From positions 124,001-188,000 of the forward strand of contig JAMWBK010000002.1 of the NCBI GenBank assembly GCA_029953675.1: a DNA stretch of 64,000 nucleotides. The letters are read 5' to 3'. The position numbers were made by a program, and so were the translations under genes. Source of the DNA: Rhodosorus marinus CCMP1338 (lineage: Eukaryota; Plantae; Rhodophyta). The notes under the pieces are model-generated. The model was given only the letters and a program-made list of their open reading frames with translations, searched no databases and was not told the origin of the DNA. Positions 10,124 through 21,321 of the stretch are shown here, piece after piece (position 1 is the first letter of the stretch; each line of letters opens with the position of its first letter).

Positions 10124-10778
10124 TTCATCTTCGCGCCTTGCGTAGCGCTTCAGGCTGTGCTACTAAAGTCGCGAGTCCAAGGGAAATCCCCGCCAAAAAC
10201 GCACTCGAACCCACCCGAAGAAAAAGAGAAACACCTCCGCAACCCCCGGAGAACGTCAAAACCCCCTAACAACCACCAACCGTTTTACACAGACCGAGAA
10301 ACAAGCGGGGTAAAGACCGCTGAAAGCAGCGCCTCCCACGAAAGAACACTTAGGCACCCAAAAATGCGCCAAACCCAACTCCAGACCACAATGTACTCAC
10401 AGCGACGCGCAGTGTGTTTTTTTGTGAGGTGTACCCCTCCAGGTGGGAAAATGCCGTTGCCTTGCCTAGACCACCTAACTCAGAATTGGTGGTCACTCCT
10501 TCGGTACCCTGGCATAGGGCGCTCGTGCAGGAGCCGCAGAAAAGCAATGTGTCAAGCAATCAAGGTTTTGCTGTGCTGCATCGGGGAGTTTAGTTTATCA
10601 AATGAATGAATGTGTTTATTCAAGCTTGCCGGAGAGCATCCAGTTCGATTCGCATATCAAAATCGAAACAGCTTTCATATTAGTAGACCATGTTAGTGGA
10701 GCCGTATCCAAGCCCCTATAAGTAGAGAACCGATGTGGCAAGCCAGGACATGACTGACTCTTCCAGTGCCGATGTGGC

Positions 10779-12871
10779 TCATCGGCGAACAAACTTCTCC
10801 TTCTTCGTCCGCAGTATTCGAAACAGGTTCGCAAACGGACTATCAGGCTGGTTGAAGGGTGGGTTGTACAGGAAGTTATTCTTAATCCTCTGCCCCTCCG
10901 CCTGCAATCGATCTCTTTCTTCCAATGGGACAGCTCCCAATACAGTTTCCAGCTTGTTTGCATAATGGTAATCCAACATTATAGCAAACTTCCTATAGTC
11001 AAATGCATCCTCCCAGGGAAACTCCGTATTCTCACTCAGGAAAACCGGAATGCAACCTGCGCACGAGAACAACTGACATTAATCCAAAGAGAAACGAGAT
11101 CGCTTCGCTCTCCAGTCAAATGGGCGATGAGCTCCAGTACCCGCATAGATGGCCTCCCACACCCGACCAGTCCAGCCGACGACCCCAGGAGGCCCAATAC
11201 AGAACGCGCTATTGTCAATTGCGGCGCTGTACTGTTGGCGGTCGTCGAAGAAATGCAGATTTTGTTGGTCCTCATGCTTGTAAAACTTTTTGTCCATAAT
11301 CTTCCGACGAATGTGCCTCTTCCGTAAGTCAAACTTTAGCGTTCCTCCGAAATACAACTACATAGTGAAAGTCAGACGAGCCGATCTCAGGTCTTTAGAC
11401 GATCGGCATGAATGGGCAAGCAACGTCCATAATGAACGATAACTAGAGCCAACAGTCAACCAAGGCATGGCAGAAGCTTTGAGTGTAAGCTTGCTGGGCT
11501 GATACTACGTACGAGGTACTGCCGGTCCGAGCTCTTGATAACTGTTACGTTCAGGGTCAGGTGGTCAACATAGGCAGGCACCACAATATCTGTTTCACGT
11601 TGGAAACAGGGGGTATCATAGTCACCCATCGCACCAACAACAATTTGGTCTAGAAGCACTGGTGCTCGTCCTGCAACCCGCGGCCCGAAGAATGAAGTCT
11701 GGTGAGCGTCTATTGGTGGTATAATGTGTTCCCGATATTTGCTTACGGTATCTCGCCGATTGCAACGCTCTTTCGCTGAAGTAGAACAAAGCACAGCCTC
11801 CGAAATCGTGCGCCATTGGTACAATCAATCTACCACCCCAGTCCCTTCCAGGCGCGCTCTGGTCCAGAATGTTCATTGTCTCATTATAGATCAGCGACAA
11901 CGTATCTAAAGGATCTGTTTTTCTGGAACCAACCATCCCCCAGCACCTGCATAAAGCGATCCAGAGAGACGCTTTGGTCAGGTTCATCGGCACAATGGGT
12001 ATAAGGGAATTCTCGTCGGACTGTATTCGATACTTGCAAAAGGAAGTCAAAAACAAAGTCTCATGCAACTCACCCTGGCTGGTAGTGAAAGCAATACTGA
12101 AAATAGGGAACGAACACGAAGTCGGCTTCTTCAGGAGTAACATCCTCCATGATCTCATTCAAAAATAGTGTCAAGCGCTTGTCCCAACATCCCAGCGTGT
12201 TGTCACACTTATCACTGGTCTTCAAACACTTGAGCGTCAGGGGCGAGACTGGTGCAACCCAAATCTTTAAACCGTAGGCTATACTCCGGGCATCTGCCAG
12301 TTCCTCGGCGGTGTCTTCGAAAACGTTTTGAAGGAAATTCGGCGAAGTCAGATATGACCAGCCTAACAGGAACGGGCAGAAGGCTCATCTTACTCAATAG
12401 ACGTGTTTTGCCAGGAACTACGTCGCCAACAAGAGAGTCAAAGGTCGGGTAATACCCATCCCTGGAGTAGTTAAACTTCAAATTTCCTGGAATGCTCAGC
12501 TCCTCAGGGAATAATCGCGCTCGTTGCCATCCGCTAGTTCCAGACCTAGGGTGTCCACTGGAGTCCACAACGAGGTGCGTGCCAGTCCCTGTGGCATCAA
12601 CTGTGCCAGCTTCTCCGGTTGAGCTCACCACTAGCCCTCTCACTGCATCAGAACCATTCGAGATTGTACTCCCAGCGATACCGGCGTGCAGCGGGATACC
12701 TGCTGATGCAAACCAGAGTATGCTACATATGGTAAACGCAAGGCTGACCAACAGAACATTCCACAACCGGGACCTGGGGAACAGGCTCAATGATTTTTCT
12801 CTCAATCCGAGTCCCTTTTCGGATTCAAATCCAACTCTCTGCTCTGTCCTGAACCTTTGATTAGCAACCAT
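10779..12871 (-). CDS. Exostosin-family (GT47) glycosyltransferase, multi-exon, N-terminal membrane anchor
   Basis: Motifs LKIWV, TPEEADFVFVPY, GGRLIVPMAHDFGGC, SAFCIGPPG..WTGRVWEAIYAG|CIPVFLSE..FPWED. GT-AG intron at 11057-11140; the other intron positions are not fully resolved. Confidence 0.85.
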
Positions 12872-13340
12872 ATCCAGGGAACAAACCGAACCGCTCCGTT
12901 CAATAGCTGAGGCAACTCTCTCACAAGTCTCTTACCCCTGTCTGGTCATCGCGACGCGAAAGTACCCCACGTGGAAGTACTGCACTAAGGTCAAGGTCGT
13001 TTCTAAAAGCAAAAACAAACCCTCCCCGCTGACACTGATTGTCACACAGCTACAGTTCACGTCCACCTCATTAAAAACTACTTTTCTACCGCGCCTCCCA
13101 TCCGAATCCCTCTTAACACCGCAGTCCAACAAGGCACCCACCAGCCTTGCTGAATTCAAAGTAGTACGTAGGCCGGACTTCCGCACCTGACGATTTACAT
13201 CATATCCGCCGCCAGTAGGCCCACCCTGAGGCAATACCACAAATCGGGGGCTTTCCAACAACAAAAAATTGAAGCCCTCCCTAAACTCCAAGTGGATTCG
13301 AGGCTTTCGCACAGGAATGAAAGGATCATCTACTAGACAA

Positions 13341-13434
13341 CCCAAATTTTCACCGCGAGACATAAATTGGAACGTACAATGGTCCCAAATTTACCGCGAG
13401 ACATAAATTGGAACGTACAATGGTCCCAAATTTT
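13341..13434. repeat. Two-copy tandem repeat (~42 bp unit) upstream of the GT47 gene
   Basis: ACCGCGAGACATAAATTGGAACGTACAATGGTCCCAAATTT occurs twice, back to back. Confidence 0.9.
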
Positions 13435-15052
13435 ATCTATGCCACATATGCGAATGTTCGCCATCAGTGGGGAACAAACGCTCTAATACGCATATCTTCC
13501 CTCACGAGAACCTGCCTAACCTTTTGTATAGCTCGGATAGCCCGGGTTTGTCTTATGACCGTGGATGTCTAAATCAAAATGCGAACAAGAAAGGTGTTTA
13601 CCTTCCTGCGATTTTAGCACCTGAGCATGGCGATGTTTGCGTGGAGAGCCAATACCTCACAGAATTCCCTCGCCTAAATCCGAACAGGTGCCTAGTTTAT
13701 GGAAGTTCAGCACAAGTTTCGAGTCCGGGGCCGTAAAGTTAGAGCGTTTTCATAGTCTCCAGCTACAAATTGTTTTTTAGGGTTGGTCAGTTGCGATGGT
13801 TTTTTTTTTTTGATATTCCGTTCGTGAACAAGGGGAGATACTCAGAACAAGGTACTCCTCGGTGTTTGGTTAAGGATATTAGTGGGGAACAGGCGATTCC
13901 AGTCCACAGGTACCCTAGAAGTTCCAAGCACCAGAAAAGCCCGAGAACACGAGGTTTTGACGGGGTGGTATTGGAAAACATACGTTCTGAGGAGCATGTT
14001 GGGGAACGCGAAGTATTTGTATAGTCTATATTAAGAGTTGTACCATCGGTAGATGATTGGAATTTATTACCGATAAATGCGAAATGATCATAATTTCGAG
14101 AGTTTTGCGGTAATTAACGATAATATCGATAATTAGCGGTTAGTTGTTTTTTTCAAAATCGGATCTAATCCCCGCTAAAGCTCGGAAAATGAAAAAAGTA
14201 AAAATACCGAGAATTACCCACCCCGGCAAGTACCGACCACCCATATACTCGCAAAAACTCAACCTTTTTTTTCACACAAACTAACCTCTTTTGTTTTTCT
14301 TACAAGCTTGGAAGCGTTTTGCAAGTGAGAAGATCGGATTCAATCTGCCGAATACCACCGTATTCATTTAGCTGAGGTGGTTATTCTGGGGCTAAGACAA
14401 AAAAGAGCAGGTAATATTGATTGTTTGTAGATGATTCCTGCAATATTGACTGATTTTCGATCAATCCTCGTACAAAAAATCAACGCACAAATACCCCCGA
14501 TTGGTTCTGAACCCTTTTCATAATGCCATAGGGCCATTTTTAATCCTACGTCATCGCGCCTTCTCTGTTCTGCGTGTCGCATCAGGCCATCTTGTAAGAC
14601 CACCGCTTCATTGCCCTAACGTTGTAGATATATTTTTAATTCATGCGCTATGGTTGGTAGTGTCGTTATTATTTCTAAAATAGGCTATTGGGCAGCACAT
14701 TCGTATTATGAAGAAAAACCATCGCCCTATAATTATAATGAATTATTAAACTAAACTTCACACTACCATATAACCTGCTGCGTGAAAAAGCTTGGAGGAA
14801 AAGTTTGAGCAGGAATTCACGGAACACTCACTTTTTCTCGGGGTATTCGGCTCTGAATAAACGGATGATGATGAACATTCGACTGTATACGCGATCGCAA
14901 CTTTGGGGTAGAGTCAATGCGAACTGGGCAAGCCACGGTTTCACCAGCTCCCAGAGTGGAAACAGGAAAGGAAGACCTGAAAACAAATTCTGCAAGAAGA
15001 TGTTGATGATTTCGATGCCCCAGAACATCTTGATCCTGATATCTCGGACAGG

Positions 15053-17587
15053 ATGTTACCGGTCTTATACGTCGACAAGAAGGACGGGGGAAGACGCCTG
15101 TGCGTGGACTACCGCCGGCTGAACAACATCACCGTAAGAGAAAAGACGACTCCGCCAAGAGTCGAGGAACTCATGGACACGTTGAGTAACGCCCGGGTGT
15201 TCGCAACGTTGGATCTCCGGTCCGGGTATTGGCAACTTCCTATTGACCCATCCTCACCGGAAAAAACTGCGTTCACGACGTGCTTTGGACAGTACCAGTG
15301 GAATTTCATGCCGTTTGGATTTAATGCACCCTCGGTGTTCATTCGCTACCTGACGGATGTATTGTACGACTTTATCAACGAATGCGTGGTGTTGTACGTC
15401 GACGATATACTGATTTACTCGGCGACTCAGGAGGACCACGAGAAAGATGTCCGACGTGTATTACGACAACTAGAGCAGCATCAACTAGTTGTCAAACATT
15501 CGAAGTGTCAGTTCGGAGTACGTGAAGTTTGCTACCTGGGTCAAATATTGGCGGGAGGCACTCGCCGCCCCGACCCAAGGAAGGTGGAGACTATTCAGCG
15601 TTGGAAGCCCCCAACAACTACTAAAGAATTACGGGCGTTCATGGGATTCGCAAACTTCCTACGACCGTTTGTCCCTCACTTTGCGTCAATCGCTGCACCA
15701 CTCCACGCCCTAACGAAGAAAAACAAGCGCTGGATATGGCAACATGACGAACAGAAAGCGTTCGAGGCATTGAAAAAGGCAATAGCAGACACCGCCTTGC
15801 TATATATGGTTGATCCTACACTTCCGTTTATTATTCAAACGGATGCCAGCGACACCGGAGTTGGAGGTATTCTCTTTCAAAAACAAGGCGACCAGGAGGT
15901 TCCAGTGGCATACATGTCGCGATTGTTCAATGCAACGGAGCTTCGCTACAGCACGTACGAGAAGGAGCTATATGCCATCGTACTGGCAGTACGACAGTGG
16001 TCAATCTACCTGGATGGGCAACATTTCACGGTGCGCACGGATCACAACCCGTTGCGCTTCCTCCAAACCCAGACAACGCTCACCAGGCGACAAGGTCGCT
16101 ATGTCAATACGCTCTTACCATATTCATTTACGATCGAGCATGTACGGGGCAGTCTCAATATCGCGGACGCCCTCAGCCGCGACGCACTACGGGCGATCCG
16201 CGTGACATCAGCTGCCGACTGGACTGAAGACTACGGAGCTGACGCGGAGTTCTCCACGCAATTCCGCAGCCCTAGGCAGTTTGAAGGTTTTCAACGGAAG
16301 GGGGGACTGCTATTCTTGCATGCACGACTTTGTGTACCAAAAAATCGTATCAGTGAAATCATCGACGCACACCACCAATCTGTCACGGCAGGGCACTTTG
16401 GAGCCCACGCGAACTACCGAGTAATTCGACGACGCTACTACTGGCCTGCAATGCGCAAGGATGTCTACACCCGCGTCCAACAATGCTCGGTTTGTGCACG
16501 GGAACAACCGCTGCGTCGGCATCAAGGGGAACTACAACCCCTCCCGTACCGGAACAACGGGCCGCTGATTGGACGATGGATTTCATCACTGCATTTCCCA
16601 ACGTCAAGGGACATGATGCCATTCTGGTGGTCGTTGACCGGCTTACGAAGTATGCCGTGTTCATTCCCACAACAAAGACGGTGACTGCAGAAGAGGTGGC
16701 AGCGCTGATCGTGAAGAATATTATCGCGTGGTTCGGACTACCACAAAGTTTCGTCACCGATCGTGATAAGGTCTTTACCGCCACCTGATGCAAGTAATGG
16801 GGATTGACCACCTACTGTCGACGGCGTATCACCCTGAAACGGATGGGCAAACAGAAAGCGTCAACCAGACCCTCCAGATTATGCTGAGATGCTGTTATAC
16901 GAGCCACACTTGGGTACAGAGTTCACCCCTGCTTCAACTGGCGTATAATAATCATACTTCAGCGAGTACCGGATATTCCCCATATTTCTTGTTAACAGGA
17001 GGGCACCCGCGGCTCAATTTGGACACCTCAACCCCTTCTACTACGATTCATAATCTGGCCGATGCTGCTACCGCATTCTCGCAACGTCCTCAACGAATCC
17101 TCGCTGACGCACGTAAATCCATGGCCCTGGCGCAGGAGTTATACACGGAACAGGCAAATTCACGACGTCATGCCAAAGTCTTCAATACCGGAGACAACCA
17201 ACGCGAAATCTATCCCTGGACGGCCCAACACGCTTTCAACATCGATGGTTGGGTCCGTTCCCCATCACTACTAAACATTCCGATGTGGTCTATACTCTGC
17301 AGTTACCAGATGAGATGCGGATCCATCCAACATTCCACGTCTCATTGTTGAAAAGTGTACCACCTACTACCACGACGCCGGTTGTACACAGTCTACCTAT
17401 CCAGTCACACCTACCCTCAACCCAACCTATCCTCTCGATCCTGAACATGAGGAATACCGATGAGGGGCTTCGGGAATTCCTATGCTACCGCGAACAGGAA
17501 TGCTGGACCGATGCGACCTGGATCGCTGAACCAGACTACCCAACCGATCTCCAATCTCGGCGCCGACTCCGCCACTACCTGAACTAA
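15053..17587 (+). pseudogene. pol: Ty3/Gypsy (chromovirus-type) pol: RT-RNaseH-integrase-GPF-chromodomain-like, frameshifted in integrase
   Basis: KKDGGRRLCVDYRRLN, DLRSGYWQ, MPFG, YVDD, TDASDTGVG, EKELYAI, HxxxxxGH..C..C, DFITAFP, YHPETDGQTE, GPF..HPTFHVSLLK and a chromo-like tail. Confidence 0.95.
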
Positions 17588-17651
17588 CGGAAAGTACTCG
17601 ATGCTCTGCCTGACGGCTGAAGTTGAACACTTTTGAGTTTGTACCCAAACT

Positions 17652-17859
17652 AGGCGGGAGGAATGTGAGGAACTCCCCGGACAGACTGTATTTTCACTCC
17701 CTATTTTTAGATTGACGTTTAGCCTCCAGCACTTACTTTTAGGGGGGGTTACCGCAGGTCATAGTTTACAGTAACCACAAGACTATATAAGACCCAGCTT
17801 TGCTAGATCTTGAGACCTAGAATTGAGCAAAGACAAGTGGGTTCGAAGAGTTCTTGACA
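17652..17859 (+). mobile_element. Polypurine tract (17652-17663) and 3' LTR (17664-17859) of the Gypsy element
   Basis: AGGCGGGAGGAA directly precedes TGTGAGGAACTC. The LTR ends GAGTTCTTGACA (10/12 inverted match) and has an internal CTATATAAG. Confidence 0.8.
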
Positions 17860-18130
17860 TAATCATGACTCATGACGTGCACGTAAGAGCCTGTAATGCA
17901 AAGAAGTAATCATAACTCAATACCTGGACTGCAGATGTTTGATTATCAGATTAATAATGATTGAATGGCGGACCGTTTATCGGACGCGTTTATCGGAAAG
18001 GCGATCGGACCTGTTTTTTTGAAGAATAGCAATCGGATACCCCCTGATTTTATACTGATTTTCAATAGTCTAAACCCTTCAAAAATTATCCGTACCGTCC
18101 GACAAACGGTATCGGACGGTACACGACAAC
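17860..18130. repeat. AT-rich dispersed non-coding repeat, second copy ~37150-37480
   Basis: Shared TAATCATGA blocks, GATTGAAT..TTTATCGGAC..CGGACC..TTTTT(C/T)GAAGAAT and repeated ATCGGAC words. Confidence 0.5.
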
Positions 18131-18299
18131 ATTATTATTATGCGATAACCTGCGTTTTCAGCGGGTGGTTCGAAGATGCGCGTTTCCTCAAAACAATTTG
18201 ATGCAAAACTCAAAAATTCTTTTGGTTTAGATGAGACCGTGGACAGTGAGCTTGGGGGTTAAAGCGTACTAACAGTAGGGTTATGCCAGGTGGGTCGGG

Positions 18300-19245
18300 T
18301 TTTCGCTGTTTACCCCTCTGAACCCCCCTCCTCACGCACTGATGCGATTCAGCATAGCCTCACCTGGGGCCAACACAGTGCAGCTCACGCAATCTTGCTC
18401 AACTCTCCCCTCCACCGCAAGCCACCGCCGCTCGCGTCCGCGGCCTGGGAGGCCATCTATCGCACGTGTGGTTAACCACTTTGCCTTCGTCACTGGGACA
18501 CCGTTTCGACGCCTTTCCAGTTCCCCACTGCCGCAAAGATTTACCTGGCTTGCCACAAGCCCCGTGGCACTCTAATCGGCCGTCTTTCTGTCTGATGTGA
18601 GAGTCGGATTGACGCGTGTGGTTACCACTTCTTAAGCTCATGTGGACTGTTGAGAGGTCTTGGTACGAAGCGTCACACATCGCCTCAAGTACATTCTCAG
18701 CGAATCCTTGACTCGGGTAGGGCATACGATTGAGGTGGAATCGGAACTGCCCAGATCGGTCTCGGCAAGGCACCGCCTCGCTGCATCGCAGATCTACTCA
18801 TCTCCGTCACTGCCGCCGCTCAGCATATGTGCACCTCGCGATCACATGCCCTGTGGCAAGCGCATCTCAGCTTTGCCGCCCGTTGCCGAGGAGCAGCCGC
18901 TTCGGCCCTTCGCCGAGTGAAAGAACGACGGTATACTGAGAGTATGGCCAGTCTGCCTTGCGCTGAGCGTCGTTCTCACCAGTTTCAGCCTTCGTTGTGG
19001 CAACCTTCGGCCACGTGGATAAGTCGGTTTTGGAGTGGTAGTAAAACCACCAGTGGTTGCGGAAACGTTTTTCTGAGCATCCTATGGAATACTTGGAACT
19101 CTATCGCCGTTTCAGTGTCGACCTGTGGCGATATTCTAGCTGCATGTTGCCGAGGCGCGCCATATAGGCGCTTGGGTTTGCATGTTTCTCTCCCGAGTTC
19201 TTAGTTACAGTCCACGCCTTGCGTAGCGCTTCAGGCTATGCTAGT
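18300..19245 (+). mobile_element. 5'-truncated family B copy (CCHC-RLE + 3' UTR), degenerate
   Basis: Collinear by eye with ~9250-10168; ends CGCCTTGCGTAGCGCTTCAGGCTATGCTAGTA. Confidence 0.85.
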
Positions 19246-19257
19246 ATAAAAGCTACG

Positions 19258-19377
19258 AGATACGTTCATACCTCTCGAACATGCACCCGATCCAATCTCA
19301 AATTCGGAAGTTAAGCTCGAACGGGCCAGGAGAGTACTGAGGTCAGGGATGACTCGGGAACGCCAGGTGACGTATCT
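19258..19377 (+). rRNA. 5S rRNA: 5S rRNA gene or retrocopy (120 nt)
   Basis: Exactly 120 nt. Helix I is AGATACGT/ACGTATCT. Contains CATACC, loop C GATCCAATCTCAAAT, box A AGTTAAGC, loop E AGTAC and helix IV CTGAGGTCA-GGGA-TGACTCGG, followed by TTTT. A few mismatches in helices II and V. Confidence 0.88.
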
Positions 19378-19380
19378 TTT
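19377..19380 (+). terminator. Pol III terminator-like T4 run of the 5S copy
   Basis: TTTT directly at the 5S 3' end. Confidence 0.6.
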
Positions 19381-19382
19381 GT

Positions 19383-21054
19383 CTATGATGGTCTACAACA
19401 GGCGTTCCGGAAGTGCAACGCGGTGCCGGACGAGAATCGATCCCGTTTTCGCTCCGGGCGGGAACTGCTATGAGGACGAACTGAGGCGCTTGAGGACTCA
19501 CCCATTGACAGAGTTCGTCCCCCCCCGTTCTTGCCGATGAGGGAGAAGCTAGCCCCGGGTCACCTGTTGCAGATTACCAGGGTCTGAGCCGATTGTGGAG
19601 CTCCCGCACTGATGTGAATCAACATAGACTCACCTTGGGCCAACACAGTGCCGCTCACGCAATCTTGCTCAACTCTCCCCTCACGCCGCCTACCATCGCC
19701 GCTCGTCTCCGCGGCATGGGAGGCCATCTCTCGCACCTGTGGTTAACCACTCTGCCTTCGTCGCCGGGTCACCGTCTCGATGCCTTCCAGTTCCGCTCCG
19801 CCGCACGGATCTACCTAGGTTTGCCACAAGCCCCGTGGCACTCTAATCGGCCGTCTTTCTGTCAGGGATGTGAGAGCCGGATTGACGCTTGTGGCTACCA
19901 CAAGTTCTTGGGTTCTGCTTCGGTACCCTCGGCCCCCAGGGGGACCTGTGCAGGGGGGGGGGAAGGGATGTCGAATGTTTAACTCGGGTAGGGCATACGG
20001 TTGAGGTGGAATCGGAACTACCCAGATCGGTCTCGGACACGGCGCCGGCCCGCTGTATCGCAGATCTTCTTGTCTCAGACCCTGCCGCCCGACGCTTAGC
20101 ATATGTTGACCTCGCGATTACATGCCCTGTAGCGAGCGCCCACCTCACGGGGGCCGCCCGCCGCCGAGGGGCAGCCGCTTCGGCTCTTCAGTGAAGGAAC
20201 GACGGTATGCTGAAAGCATGGCCAGTCTGCCCTAGAAACCTCCACCAAGCTTGCTGCACGGTACCTTAAAATAAGAGAAACCGGAAAGTATTCGTGAGGT
20301 GATGATGCATTTTGAGGCTCTATATCCTGGAGTTCGTGGAGTCCTTCCGGAGGAATACATTGCGCACGGCCTTAAAATTTTAGAGCGAGGCTCCTTTTGT
20401 TCTTACCGGGACGTCGTCTGCTCTCCTTGAAGAACTTATGCACCCGGGAGCAAACGGAACCCCCGGGGTGCTTAGGAGAAATCGATTTCCTTCGGGGTTG
20501 AACAGGGTTTCCCGAAAAAGTAAACTTTTCTAAACTTTTGAAAGTACTGAAATACCTCAAAAGTTAATTAAAAATAGCTGAGGGCAAGGTAGATTCAATC
20601 CTATTCATGAATTTCTGCCGGCTTTTGCTTGGTGGTAGAGGAGTGCTTGCTAATTATCAGGAAACGCATTCATGCGGAAAAGTGATGGATGGGTATGATG
20701 ACCTTACTAAGGTGGTCTTGGGGCAAAAGTGTTTTCATCGGCTGTCAGTACCGCCTACATGCGCGTGATGCAAGCTTAGGAACGCGCCGAGGGTCGCTCC
20801 CACCGGTTCCAGCCATTGTGGAAAGCTTTTGTCATGTGGATAAGTCGGGTTTAGAGTGGTTGCGGAAGTGTTTCGCTGAGCATCCTACTTAGTACTTGGC
20901 ACTTTTACGGCGTTTGAGTGCCGCCCTGTGGCGATATTCTAGCAGCATACTTGCCGAGGCGCGCCATCGGCGCCTGGGTTTGCACGCTTCCCTCCCTAGT
21001 TCTTAGTTCCTTTTCACGCCTTGCGTAGCGCTTCAGGCTGTGCTAGTGAAGCCC
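19383..21054 (+). mobile_element. 5'-truncated family B copy fused to 5S, interrupted by a ~550-bp unrelated AT-rich insert (~20233-20785)
   Basis: 19383-20232 matches ~9058-9892 and ~20786-21054 matches ~9895-10168. Confidence 0.8.
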
Positions 21055-21224
21055 AGTATAAAAACCAGTGTTAGTGGTGCGCTGTGGTATGTGGTTGCCG
21101 AATAAAGGCTACGGCGGTCCCCTCGAATGTCGGTCTTCGGCGACCCATGACCATATGGCAACCCAGACAGTGGCGCTAGAGAACGCTAAGATAGGTAGGG
21201 AGCCCCTACCATGTAAGGAGACCC

Positions 21225-21321
21225 GAGGCGCGCCATCGGCGCCTGGGGTTGCATGCTTCCCTCCCTAGTTATTAGTTCATCTTCACGCCTTGCGTAGCGC
21301 TTCAGGCTATGCTAGTAAAGT
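21225..21321 (+). mobile_element. 97-bp 3'-tip insertion of family B with perfect 16-bp TSD
   Basis: CCATGTAAGGAGACCC at 21209-21224 and 21322-21337. Confidence 0.92.

Larger units (their letters stand above)
5351..10168 (+). mobile_element. Near-intact two-ORF CRE-like retrotransposon, family B
   Basis: GT-rich 5' UTR, ORF1, ORF2 (RT-CCHC-RLE) and a 3' UTR ending GCCT..GCGTAGCGC..AGGC TGTGCT ACTAAAG, the same end seen in four other copies in the window. Confidence 0.92.

Noticed and set aside
14210-14270. CCCCGGCAAG/CATATAC similarity to the reverse complement of ~57880-57940
   Set aside because: Too short to establish a repeat family by eye.
19243-19251. TATAAAA as the upstream TATA box of a native 5S gene
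   Set aside because: It lies only ~7-13 nt upstream, overlaps the end of a retroelement and recurs at 21055 as a probable TSD.
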